Assembly (NCBI GenBank): GCA_965223905.1
Contig: CBDCXV010000009.1
Coordinates: 544,001 to 608,000 of the forward strand
Source: Candidatus Latescibacterota bacterium
Lineage (GTDB): Bacteria; Latescibacterota; UBA2968; UBA8231
Direction: 5' to 3'
Length of the DNA stretch: 64,000 nucleotides
Shown here piece by piece: positions 11,005 through 20,175 of the stretch. The notes under the pieces were generated by a model. The model did no database searches. It worked only from the letters and a program-made list of their open reading frames with translations, and had not been told where the DNA came from. The position numbers and the translations under genes were made by a program. Position 1 is the stretch's first letter; each line of letters starts with the position of its first letter.

Positions 11005-12281
11005 GGTAGAGCCTCGACCCAGTCCAGCATCTCTTGACGACGCCGTTTCTCGAACTTCGGTGCCAGATATTGCTCGATGACCCGGCGCGACACGAGATCG
11101 CCCAATTGTCCGCGCTCGAGAAGCTCATCAGATCTCGGGAGACTGGCTAATTCGACGAGATCGGCGGCTTCCTTGGTCTCGCTCCAAGTACAAAGAACGA
11201 CCCCTTTAATCTGCTCAGCCGTCAAATTATTCATAGTAGCTGGATTATGCGTTGTGACTAGTACGCTAAGGCTGCGTTTCTTAGTGGCTTCCTCTATCGC
11301 CGAGGTCAGAACTCCAACTCGACTTGGATGAATTCCATTATCAAATTCTTCCACAATAACACGTGAACCTTTTTCTACAGTCTCCATGGCTGTCAGGATG
11401 GCTAGCGTTCGCAATGTGCCGTCCGACAATGATCGAGCATCCACGGTGTAACCTGTTTTTTCACGAAGTCCGAAGATTACGTCGCCAAGATTCGTTGTCG
11501 TGAATATGAACTCTTCAAATGGCTCGTCCGGAAGCTGGCTTATTTGAGCCAGCAACCGGGCTAACGATCCTTGCTGGGTTTCGTCTCCAACGGAAAGCGA
11601 GTAGAGCACTGCCGACAGGTTTGCGCCGTCCTTGGAGAGGACACTGTTGCCAATTCGCTCGTACCCGTGCATTAATTTTGGATTCGGATCGAAGACGAAT
11701 GAAGCTTGCAAGTGGTGCATTATTATTTGCACCAACTGAACGCACTCCTTCATGTTGCGATTTTTCTTTGCAATTTCTCGATACTGAGACAGAACGGAAC
11801 GCTCCGATGAAGCCGCTGTTTGAGGTTTTTTGCCACCACGGGCGAAGTTGTCGTATCTAACCGCTATGTCGCGCGACGCCGATCCTGGAACCGTGGGAAG
11901 CGTTTCGTAGATTATCCGGTTCTCTAATTGCAATGTCTCCTTCAGTATCTGAGGACGCGGTTTAGTGCAAATGTCTAATATGTAGAAGACTGGTTGTAAC
12001 TCACCTTCAAACCTTGCGTTAGCACTGAACCCTAGCGTGAAGGTGTCTCGGCCAGTTCGGCCACAAGCTTGAAGCCCTCCTCGAATCTGAATACCTGTAG
12101 CCGCACGACCGATGTCGGAAATCTCATAGAGAGGCTGGCCCCGGGCAACGAAGGAAAGAAGCTCGATTGCTTCGATGACGTTGGTCTTCCCCGATCCATT
12201 GGGTCCGATCAAGAGCGTGAACGGTTGCAGTAGTTCGATTCCCACATCTTCGAATCCTTTGAAATCTGTCAGGTAGTGCAT
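11001..12281 (-). CDS. ABC/AAA_21-type ATPase (no membrane domain)
   Basis: FKGF, Walker A GPNGSGKT, signature LSDGT, Walker B VEEFDNGIHP, H-loop TTHNP. Low GC. Confidence 0.9.
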   Translation of the reverse strand: MHYLTDFKGFEDVGIELLQPFTLLIGPNGSGKTNVIEAIELLSFVARGQPLYEISDIGRAATGIQIRGGLQACGRTGRDTFTLGFSANARFEGELQPVFYILDICTKPRPQILKETLQLENRIIYETLPTVPGSASRDIAVRYDNFARGGKKPQTAASSERSVLSQYREIAKKNRNMKECVQLVQIIMHHLQASFVFDPNPKLMHGYERIGNSVLSKDGANLSAVLYSLSVGDETQQGSLARLLAQISQLPDEPFEEFIFTTTNLGDVIFGLREKTGYTVDARSLSDGTLRTLAILTAMETVEKGSRVIVEEFDNGIHPSRVGVLTSAIEEATKKRSLSVLVTTHNPATMNNLTAEQIKGVVLCTWSETKEAADLVELASLPRSDELLERGQLGDLVSRRVIEQYLAPKFEKRRRQEMLDWVEALP

Positions 12282-12346
12282 AAGTCAACCTTTGGATGAG
12301 GTTGGAACACAAGCCTCGGGAGAGTATTTGTGCTACCGGTTTGTAA

Positions 12347-13657
12347 CTACAGGTAGGAGTTGATGATGTTCTCCAGCATCTCCTCGCGGCCGCTCCGTTT
12401 CTCCGGCTCCCCCTTCTGCAGGATATAGCTCTCCAGTTCGGCGAAGTCCGTCTTTCCGGCGGAGATCTTCCAGCCGATGCCGGACCGGTACGACTTGTAG
12501 CGCTCCTTGATGAAGTCGCCGACGACCCCGTCCTCGATGATCCTGTGGGCGATCTTCAGGCCCCGGGCGAAGCTGTCCATGCCCCCGATGTGGGCGTGGA
12601 ACAGGTCTACGGGATCGAAGGAACCGCGCCGCACCTTGGCGTCGAAGTTGATCCCTCCCGGGCGGATGCCCCCGTACTTCAGGATCACCATCATCGCGTA
12701 GGTCGTGCCGTAGAGATCGGTGGGGAACTGGTCGGTGTCCCACCCGAGGAGGAGGTCGCCGCGGTTGGCGTCGATGCTGCCGAGCATGCGGTCGGCAGCG
12801 GCCACGGTGAGGTCGTGCTCGAAGGTGTGCCCCGCAAGGGTCGCGTGGTTGGCCTCGAGGTTCAGCTTGAAGCGGTCCTGAAGCCCGTACTTGCGCAGGA
12901 AGCCGAGGACTGTGGCGGCGTCGTAGTCGTACTGGTGCTTGGTCGGCTCCTTGGGCTTGGGTTCGACCAGGAGGGTGCCGCGAAAGCCGATCTCCTTCTT
13001 GTAGTCGGCGGCCATCTCGAGGAAGCGCGCCATGTTGTCCTGCTCGCGGGCCATGTCGGTGTTGAGGAGGCTGGAGTAGCCTTCGCGTCCTCCCCAGAAG
13101 ACGTAGTTGGCGCCGCCGAGCTCCCTGGTGAGCTCCATCGCCTTTTTCACCTGCGCCGCGGCGTAGGCGAAGACGTGGGCGTCGGGGTTGGTCGCCGCCC
13201 CGTGGGTGAAGCGCGGGTGCGAGAACATGTTCGAGGTGCCCCACAGCAGCTTCACCCCTGTGTCCCGCTGCAGCTTTTTGGCCAGGGCGCCGATGCGGTC
13301 GAGTCTCTCGTTGGTCTCGGCGAGGGTGTCCGCTTCGGGAGCGATGTCGCGGTCGTGCCAGGCGTAGAACGGCGCCCCGAGCTTGGTGAACATCTCGAAC
13401 GCCGCCCGCATCGTGTCCTCCGCCCGCTGCATCGGGTCGGAGGCCTCGTCCCAGGGGCGGTCGTAGACCGGACCGCCGAACGGGTCGGCGCCCGTCCCTT
13501 TGAAGGTGTGCCAGAAGACGACGGAGAACCGCAGGTGTTCGGCCATCGTCTTCTTGCCGACCTGCTCCTCCGGGTCGTACTGCTTGAAGGCCAGCGGGTT
13601 CTTCGAGTCGGGGCCTTCGTAGCGAATCTGCGGAATCCCCTTGAAATACTCTTTCAT
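12347..13657 (-). CDS. xylA: Xylose isomerase (class II)
   Basis: [61 protein letters not shown]. Confidence 0.97.
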   Translation of the reverse strand: MKEYFKGIPQIRYEGPDSKNPLAFKQYDPEEQVGKKTMAEHLRFSVVFWHTFKGTGADPFGGPVYDRPWDEASDPMQRAEDTMRAAFEMFTKLGAPFYAWHDRDIAPEADTLAETNERLDRIGALAKKLQRDTGVKLLWGTSNMFSHPRFTHGAATNPDAHVFAYAAAQVKKAMELTRELGGANYVFWGGREGYSSLLNTDMAREQDNMARFLEMAADYKKEIGFRGTLLVEPKPKEPTKHQYDYDAATVLGFLRKYGLQDRFKLNLEANHATLAGHTFEHDLTVAAADRMLGSIDANRGDLLLGWDTDQFPTDLYGTTYAMMVILKYGGIRPGGINFDAKVRRGSFDPVDLFHAHIGGMDSFARGLKIAHRIIEDGVVGDFIKERYKSYRSGIGWKISAGKTDFAELESYILQKGEPEKRSGREEMLENIINSYL

Positions 13658-13856
13658 TTATATGGTCTCCCTGGTGGAGGTGTGCTCGGTTGCCCTCGGG
13701 CGAGGCGGATTTAGTGTAAGGCGGATGAATCAACCGGGCGAGGGCGGCCGCTTTCCCGGGCCGACTGGAGTTCCGGCTGGGGCGGGGCCTGCTGCTGGGA
13801 GGTGCGCGGCCAGCGGTGGCGGCCGTTGGCGGACAGGGGATTAGGTCGCCGGTGGC

Positions 13857-14633
13857 TCACTCCGGCGTCACGTAGGCGGCCGAGATTCCGCCATCCACCG
13901 TGAACGAGGTGCCGGTGACGAAAGAGGACTCGTCCGAGGCGAGGAAGACCACCGCGTCGGCGATCTCTTCGGCTTCGCCGAATCTCCCCATCGGAATGTG
14001 AACCAGGCGCCGCTGCCGTTTCTCCTCGGTGTCGAGGTACTTCATCAGCAATTCGGTTCGCAGCGGGCCCGGGCACAGGGCGTTGACGCGGATGTTGTCG
14101 CGGGCGTGAACGACCGCGAGCTCGCGGCTCAGGGCAAGGACGCCCCCCTTGCTCGCGGTGTAGGCAATCTGCGGCGTGGCCGCGCCCAGCAGGGCGACGA
14201 AGGAGGCGGTGTTGATAACCGACCCGCCGCCCGCTCGCTGCAGCGCCGGGATGCCGTACTTGCAGCCCAGGAAAACGCCCTTGAGGTTGACGTTCATCGT
14301 CTGCTCCCAGACCGCCTCGTCGGTGTCGACGGCGCCGGCGTCCTCCAGGTGGGAGATTCCCGCGTTGTTGAACAGGATGTCGAGGCGCCCGAAGGCATCC
14401 TCGGCCGCGGCGATCATCCGCCGGCAGTCCCCTGCCTCGGAAACGTCGGCCCGTGCGAAGAATGTGCGTCCTCCGGTCTGGTCCGCGATCATGGCTGCGG
14501 TTTCGGCGCCGGCGCCATCGTCGATGTCGACGGCGGCCACGGCCGCCCCTTCACGCGCGAGGCGCAGCGCGGTCTGGCGGCCGATACCGCTGCCAGCCCC
14601 GGTGATCAGTGCCGATTTCCCGGCCAGTCTCAT
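13857..14633 (-). CDS. Short-chain dehydrogenase/reductase
   Basis: TGAGSGIG, NNAG, YTASKGG, VNALCPG. Start revised to MRLAGK at 14633. Confidence 0.92.
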   Translation of the reverse strand: MRLAGKSALITGAGSGIGRQTALRLAREGAAVAAVDIDDGAGAETAAMIADQTGGRTFFARADVSEAGDCRRMIAAAEDAFGRLDILFNNAGISHLEDAGAVDTDEAVWEQTMNVNLKGVFLGCKYGIPALQRAGGGSVINTASFVALLGAATPQIAYTASKGGVLALSRELAVVHARDNIRVNALCPGPLRTELLMKYLDTEEKRQRRLVHIPMGRFGEAEEIADAVVFLASDESSFVTGTSFTVDGGISAAYVTPE

Positions 14634-14731
14634 GCGAAAATACCCGCTTCTCCTTCTGCGATTTCCAGGACGGCAAACTTTAGCCCCCGGGATTGGGGGG
14701 CGCAAGCAGTTTACTCGACTCGAAGCCCGGA

Positions 14732-14755
14732 TGAAATTTTGCCTGAGAAATTTCA
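14732..14755. promoter_or_regulatory. Perfect inverted repeat, candidate operator between divergent SDR and HOT genes
   Basis: TGAAATTT-N8-AAATTTCA in a GC-rich background. Confidence 0.45.
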
Positions 14756-14791
14756 CGACCCAGTCCGAAAACCATAGGCGGGAGCGAGCTC

Positions 14792-16072
14792 ATGGATAAA
14801 GACACAGCCTTCGAAATGGCCACCTCGAACATCCGCTACGGCCGCGGGGTCACCGCGGAGGTCGGAATGGACCTGGTCGACATGGGGGTCGGAAATGTGA
14901 TGGTGGTCACCGATCCGGTGCTCGCTTCCCTGCCCCCCGTCGCTACCCTCCTGGCCGCCCTCGACGACAGCGGGGTGCGCTTTCAGCTGTTCGACCGCGT
15001 GCACGTAGAGCCGACCGACCGCTCGTTCAAGGAGGCGATCGACTTCGCTTCCGGCGGCGGCTTCGACGGTTTCGTCGCCGTCGGCGGCGGTTCGACCATC
15101 GACACGGCGAAGGCGGCCAACCTCTACGACTCCCATCCGGCCGACTTCCTCGACTACGTCAACGCCCCGATCGGCAAGGGACTTCCGGTCCCGGGGCCCT
15201 TGAAACCGCTGATCGCGATCCCGACGACGGCCGGAACCGGCAGCGAGACGACCGGGGTCGCGATTTTCGACTTCACCGAGATGAAGGCGAAGACCGGCAT
15301 CGCTCATCGCCGGCTGAAACCGGCGCTGGCGATCGTCGATCCGGAAAACACCCGCACCCTGCCCCCGGCGGTGGCCGCGGCGACCGGCCTTGACGTGCTC
15401 AGCCACGCTCTCGAATCGTACACCGCGATCCCGTTCGACCGGCGCCCGCGGCCGTCGCGGCCGGTATTGCGGCCCTCCTACCAGGGAGCGAACCCGATCA
15501 GCGACATTTGGGCCTTGGAGTCGCTGGCGATGGTCGCCGAGTTCCTCCCCCGGGCGGTCAGCGACCCCGGGGATGAAGAGGCGCGCGGGCAGATGCTGCT
15601 CGCCGCCTCGTATGCCGGCATGGGTTTCGGCAATGCCGGCGTCCACCTTCCGCACGGGATGTCGTACCCCGTTGCCGGCATGGTCCGCGACTATGTGCCG
15701 CCGGGATACGAGACCGGCCATCCTCTCGTGCCGCACGGGGTCGCGGTGATCGTCAACGCCCCGGCGGTGTTTCGCTTTACGGCGGGCTCCAGCCCGCAGC
15801 GGCATCTCGAAGCGGCAGCCGTGCTGGGGGCGGATACCGCCGGAGCCGGGGCCGCGGAGGAGGCAGGTGACCTGCTGGCCGACTGCATCGTCGGCTTTAT
15901 GCGGCGGCTCGACATGCCCAACGGCCTGCGGGCACTCGGGTACGACGCCGGCGACATCCCGGCCCTTGTGGAGGGGACCCTGCCCCAGCACCGGGTCACC
16001 AAGCTTTCGCCGAGACCTGCGGGGGAAAAGGAGCTGCGGCAGCTGTTCGAAGAGGCGCTGGAGTACTGGTAG
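14792..16072 (+). CDS. Hydroxyacid-oxoacid transhydrogenase (ADHFE1-like iron-containing ADH)
   Basis: AFEMATSNIRYG, GGGSTIDTAK, DFLDYVNAPIGKG, PTTAGTGSETT, GNAGVHLPHGMSYP, TLPQHRVTKLSP. Confidence 0.9.
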   Translation: MDKDTAFEMATSNIRYGRGVTAEVGMDLVDMGVGNVMVVTDPVLASLPPVATLLAALDDSGVRFQLFDRVHVEPTDRSFKEAIDFASGGGFDGFVAVGGGSTIDTAKAANLYDSHPADFLDYVNAPIGKGLPVPGPLKPLIAIPTTAGTGSETTGVAIFDFTEMKAKTGIAHRRLKPALAIVDPENTRTLPPAVAAATGLDVLSHALESYTAIPFDRRPRPSRPVLRPSYQGANPISDIWALESLAMVAEFLPRAVSDPGDEEARGQMLLAASYAGMGFGNAGVHLPHGMSYPVAGMVRDYVPPGYETGHPLVPHGVAVIVNAPAVFRFTAGSSPQRHLEAAAVLGADTAGAGAAEEAGDLLADCIVGFMRRLDMPNGLRALGYDAGDIPALVEGTLPQHRVTKLSPRPAGEKELRQLFEEALEYW

Positions 16073-16179
16073 AAGCGGAGTGCCGAGCCGCCCCGGGGAG
16101 GACCACAGGGATGCGCGTCCGGGGCCTTCTTTTTTGGAATTCGCGGGAGGCCGGGATTTTCCGGGCGGGCCCAGGTTTG

Positions 16180-16371
16180 CGGGCCGGAGGTGACGAGCTC
16201 CGCCACTGGGTGAAACCGAGCGGCCGATCCGATCCGGTGCAGGGCGGGAAGGTGATTTCCGGCCTGGATATTCCTGGGCAGGTCAGGCTCTCGGGCCGGA
16301 GGTGACCAGATCCGCCCACCGGGTGAAAACCGAGCGGCCGATCCGTTGCAGGGGCGGCAGGTGGTTTCCGG
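16180..16371. repeat. Degenerate direct repeat of about 80 bp duplicating the 3' end of the GATase gene
   Basis: 16180-16262 and 16292-16371 share CGGGCCGGAGGTGAC...GGGTGAAA(A)CCGAGCGGCCGATCCG...TGCAGGG...GGTG.TTTCCGG with several indels. Confidence 0.8.
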
Positions 16372-17011
16372 TCGCGGCGCGGATCTCTTCGCCATCGAGC
16401 TGTGCGTCGCGGAGTTCCCCGGCGAACACCTCCGTCCACTCGGCAATGGAGCTCGCCGACAATTCCATGTGGAACAGGATGCCGTAGGCGCCGCGGCCAT
16501 GGGCGTAAGCCTGGTTCTCGGTGATTTCGGACGATGCCAGCCGCACCGCCCCCCGCGGCAGCTCGAACTGATCTCCGTGCCAGTGCAGGGGTGTAAAGCG
16601 ACTGCCGTGCCCGGCGCGGACCGGAGACCAGACGGGGTCGCCGGCCGCGGCTTCGTCGAGAGTCACCTCGTACCAGCCGATCTCCTTTTTCGGGCCGGGG
16701 TAGACCTTCGCACCCAGCACCGCGGCGAGCAGCTGGCTCCCCAGGCAGACCCCCAGGACCGGGCGCTCCTCTTTCAGGGCGCCCTCGATCAGTCGCATCT
16801 CGTCGCGCAGGTGCGGGTAGCTCTCCTGTTCGTACACCCCCATCGGCCCGCCCATGACGATGAGCCCGGCGGCGCCTTCCATTTCCAGGGGAACCGGTTC
16901 ATCATCGAAAACCCTGACATGCCTCGGCCTGAGACCGCTGCCGGCAAGTACTTCCTCGATGATTCCCAGGGTTTCGCAGTGCACGTGTTGAATGGCTATG
17001 ACGTCGGTCAC
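16283..17011 (-). CDS. Class I glutamine amidotransferase-like protein
   Basis: MGGPMG, GVCLGSQL (nucleophile Cys), HWHGD, FHME. Confidence 0.9.
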   Translation of the reverse strand: MTDVIAIQHVHCETLGIIEEVLAGSGLRPRHVRVFDDEPVPLEMEGAAGLIVMGGPMGVYEQESYPHLRDEMRLIEGALKEERPVLGVCLGSQLLAAVLGAKVYPGPKKEIGWYEVTLDEAAAGDPVWSPVRAGHGSRFTPLHWHGDQFELPRGAVRLASSEITENQAYAHGRGAYGILFHMELSASSIAEWTEVFAGELRDAQLDGEEIRAATGNHLPPLQRIGRSVFTRWADLVTSGPRA

Positions 17012-18108
17012 TGAACGGCTCCTTCCGGGGAGAGGACGACCGGCTCGCGCTCGAGACGGATGCCGAACCGGTCCTCCACCTGTTGTTGAATCGCGGCGGC
17101 CAGCTTCAGTACGTCGGCGCTGCCGCCGCCTCGGTTGACCAGGGCCAGGGCGTGGTTCTCGGAGACGGCCGCCCCGCCCAGCCGTTGGCCCTTGCGGAAC
17201 CCGGCGCGCTCGACGAGCCAGGCCGCAGGAACCTTGTGCCCGCCAGGGTCGGGAAAGACCGGGATCGACACCTGCTGCTCATTGGGTCCGGCGGGGCAAC
17301 GGCGGCGCAGATCGGATAGCTCCGTTTCGCCGAGCACCGGGTTGATAAAGAACGAGCCGACGGAGCGGGCATTGGGATCGCCGGGATCGAGCACCATCGA
17401 CTTGCTTCGCCGCAGCTCGAGCACCGCCGCCCTCACCGCGGACGAGGCAGGCTCCCCGGGCTCGAGATCGTCGAGGCCGCCGCGGCGGGCGATGAAGTCG
17501 CTCAATTCCCGGTAGCGCAGCTCCGGCAGGACTCCTTCCTCGAGGCGAAAGACCACCTCCGTGATGACGTAGCGGTCGCGGTCCTCGCTCTTGAAGCGGC
17601 TGTTCCGGTAGCGGAAACCACACTCCCGGTTGGCGAATTCCACCTGTCGCAGGGTGCGGCGGTCGATGGCGCGCACCGCGGCGATGGTGCCGGCGACCTC
17701 CTGGCCGTAGGCGCCGACGTTCTGCATCGGCGCCGCCCCTGTCATTCCCGGGATTCCCGAGAGGCACTCGACCCCGGAAAGATTGCGAGCGATGCAGCGG
17801 CGGACGAGATCGTCCCAGTCTTCTCCCGCAAGGGCGCTCACCTCGACTTTGCCGCCGCCGCCCTCGAAGCGCACGCCCGACAGCTCGAGCTTGAGAACGA
17901 GCCCGCGGTAGCCGCTGTCGTCGAAGATGGTGTTGCTGCCGCCGCCGAGGACCTGCACCGGCAGCCGTCGCCCGGCCGCCCAGTCGAGTGCGGTCCTGAT
18001 TTCGTCTGCTGTTCTGCACCGGGCCAGGTAGCGCGCCGGACCGCCGAGACGCATGGTGGTCATCGGCGACAGATCGACCTGCTCTTCGATGATTCCGGGT
18101 GTGTTCAT
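17008..18108 (-). CDS. murB: UDP-N-acetylmuramate dehydrogenase
   Basis: TTMRLGGPA, GGGSN, LSGIPG, QNVGAYG, FRYRNSRFK, SVGSFFINP, HALALVN, LEREP. Start revised to 18108. Confidence 0.95.
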   Translation of the reverse strand: MNTPGIIEEQVDLSPMTTMRLGGPARYLARCRTADEIRTALDWAAGRRLPVQVLGGGSNTIFDDSGYRGLVLKLELSGVRFEGGGGKVEVSALAGEDWDDLVRRCIARNLSGVECLSGIPGMTGAAPMQNVGAYGQEVAGTIAAVRAIDRRTLRQVEFANRECGFRYRNSRFKSEDRDRYVITEVVFRLEEGVLPELRYRELSDFIARRGGLDDLEPGEPASSAVRAAVLELRRSKSMVLDPGDPNARSVGSFFINPVLGETELSDLRRRCPAGPNEQQVSIPVFPDPGGHKVPAAWLVERAGFRKGQRLGGAAVSENHALALVNRGGGSADVLKLAAAIQQQVEDRFGIRLEREPVVLSPEGAVQ

Positions 18109-18316
18109 GGGTAGATCGAAGAAACCGCGGCCCTTCGGGGCCGACAAGGGCGGAAGCGTGAAACCGGGTGGACATGGGGATAGTAAAGCATTTGTTTTCA
18201 ACAGCTTGTGGTGGTGTCCAGTCTGGAAATAGGTGGCAAAGATTTCGGCCGCGAGCCGGGACCCCGGGTAGTCAAAGTCGAAGCGATTCAGGAATCCAGA
18301 TAGATCCGAAACACCG

Positions 18317-19627
18317 ATGCAGACTTCCATCTCCCCAGAGCTGAAGAACGATCCCGGCGTTCAGGTTTCCGAAGAGGCGTTGCGCACCTGCGTGCACTGC
18401 GGGTTCTGCAACGCCACCTGTCCCACCTATCTCCTGACCGGAAACGAGCTCGAGGGGCCGCGCGGCCGCATCTACCTGATCAAGAGCATGCTCGAAGGCA
18501 GGATCGCCCCGACGGACAGCACCGTCGAGCATATCGACAACTGCCTCGCCTGCCTGGCGTGCGAGACTACCTGTCCAAGCGGCGTGGTCTATTCCCACCT
18601 CCTCGAAGATGCGCGGCCGCGGCTGGAGAGACTTCACCGGAGGAAGTGGGTCGACCGCCTGCTGCGGGCTGCGCTGACCCGGCTGCTGCCCCGGCCCGGG
18701 CGATTCCGGTGGGCGCTTCGGGCTGCCATCCTCGGCAGGAGGGCGGCTTTCCTGCTGCCGAGGCGTTTTCGGCACCTGGCGGCGATGGCCCCGCGCTCGT
18801 TGCCGGCCCCTTCCCGCCTGGCGACTCCGGGGGTGAAGCCCGCCTCGGGTGCGCGCATGCGGGCAGCCCTTCTCACCGGCTGCGCCCAGCAGGTGCTCGG
18901 CCCGCAGATCAACGACGCGACGATTCGGCTGCTCACCCGCCGCGGCGTCGAAGTCGTGGTGCCGGAAGCGATGGGTTGCTGCGGCGCCCTGACCTACCAC
19001 ATCGGCGAACGCCGGCACAGCCTGCGGATGATGCGGCGCAACATCGAGGCCTGGTACCGCGAGCTGCGGGGAGCCGGGCTCGACGCCATCGTGCTAAACA
19101 CCTCAGGCTGCGGGACCGCGGTTCGGGAGTACGCCCATATCTTCCGCAACGACCCGGAGTGGGCGGAGAAAGCCGCGGCCGTCACCCCGCTGGTGCGCGA
19201 CGTTTCCGAGGTGGTCAGCGAGATCGGGCTGGGGGAGGTCGCCGAGCTGCCGCGGCTCCGCGTCGCCTATCACGACGCCTGCTCGCTGCAGCACGGCCAG
19301 AAGATCGTCGCGCCTCCGCGCGAACTGCTGAGCGCCGCCGGTTTCGAGGTGGTCGAGGTTCCCGAGGCTCACATCTGCTGCGGCAGCGCCGGCACCTACA
19401 ACCTGCTGCGCCCGGAGTTGGCGAATCAGCTGCGCGAGCGCAAGGGCGCAAATATCCGGAGCATCGAACCGGAGCTGGTCGCCGCGGGGAATATCGGCTG
19501 CATCGAACAGATCGCGTCCGCGGTCGACGTCCCGGTGGTGCACACGGTGGAGCTGCTGGACTGGGCTACGGGAGGACCGAAGCCCGCGGCGATGGGCGCC
19601 GCTACAGGACCATCTCGACGCGGCTGA
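18317..19627 (+). CDS. glcF: Glycolate oxidase iron-sulfur subunit
   Basis: CVHCGFCNATCP, CLACLACETTCP, two CCG domains, YHDACSLQHGQ. Confidence 0.9.
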   Translation: MQTSISPELKNDPGVQVSEEALRTCVHCGFCNATCPTYLLTGNELEGPRGRIYLIKSMLEGRIAPTDSTVEHIDNCLACLACETTCPSGVVYSHLLEDARPRLERLHRRKWVDRLLRAALTRLLPRPGRFRWALRAAILGRRAAFLLPRRFRHLAAMAPRSLPAPSRLATPGVKPASGARMRAALLTGCAQQVLGPQINDATIRLLTRRGVEVVVPEAMGCCGALTYHIGERRHSLRMMRRNIEAWYRELRGAGLDAIVLNTSGCGTAVREYAHIFRNDPEWAEKAAAVTPLVRDVSEVVSEIGLGEVAELPRLRVAYHDACSLQHGQKIVAPPRELLSAAGFEVVEVPEAHICCGSAGTYNLLRPELANQLRERKGANIRSIEPELVAAGNIGCIEQIASAVDVPVVHTVELLDWATGGPKPAAMGAATGPSRRG

Positions 19628-20162
19628 GGCTCTTCTTGTCGAGATCGTTGAGGTTGGAGATCTCGAAGCGGTTGCCGTCGACGTCGATCATCAGCAAGCG
19701 GAAATCCCCCAGCCACTGGGCGTTCTCGGCGACATTCTGAACCACGAACTCGCGCCTGCCCCGGTTGGTATCCACGTCCCAGTACGAGGTCCCGAACTCG
19801 TGGCGCACCGAGTGCACGCGCTCGATCAGCGAGGTGAGGTAGCGGCGGTCGAGCTCCTCCTCGACAATGCGCCGGGTCTCGTCGTTCAGCTGGCCGAGGT
19901 CGTCGATCATGCAGACCTCCTCCTCCTTTGCGTCGAGGAAGGAGATGTAGCTGTCGGGATGCGTCAGCGGCGCCGCGCGGACGACCTTGATCCCGATATA
20001 GGAGCGGTCCTCTTCGATGGTCAGGCGCAGCTGCCACGGGGGCTCGCGAAAGAGGCGTACCCTGTCGACATCGACGCGCTCCGGGTGGGTCACCGCGATC
20101 GGAGTTACCGCTTGCCCCGGTTGCGGGTTGCCGTTGGCGCCTGTCATCTTTTTGTCGTTCAC
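19602..20162 (-). CDS. DUF1854-family protein
   Basis: VVRAAPLTHPDSYIS, EEELDRRY, YWDVDTNRG, LLMIDVDGNRFEI..LDKKS. Lies downstream of ABC exporters, as typical for the family. Confidence 0.8.
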   Translation of the reverse strand: MNDKKMTGANGNPQPGQAVTPIAVTHPERVDVDRVRLFREPPWQLRLTIEEDRSYIGIKVVRAAPLTHPDSYISFLDAKEEEVCMIDDLGQLNDETRRIVEEELDRRYLTSLIERVHSVRHEFGTSYWDVDTNRGRREFVVQNVAENAQWLGDFRLLMIDVDGNRFEISNLNDLDKKSLSRVEMVL

Positions 20163-20175
20163 CTGCCCCTCCTCC

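Noticed and set aside
12124-12312. Alternative N-terminus (LIQRLT) for the ATPase in another frame, suggesting a frameshift
   Set aside because: The in-frame ATG at 12281 already gives a near-complete N-terminus before FKGF, and evidence for a shift is too thin.
18155-18220. AT-rich IHF-like site (TTTCAACAGCTTG) within a short imperfect inverted repeat between murB and glcF
   Set aside because: Degenerate motif and a single instance, so it cannot be distinguished from chance.
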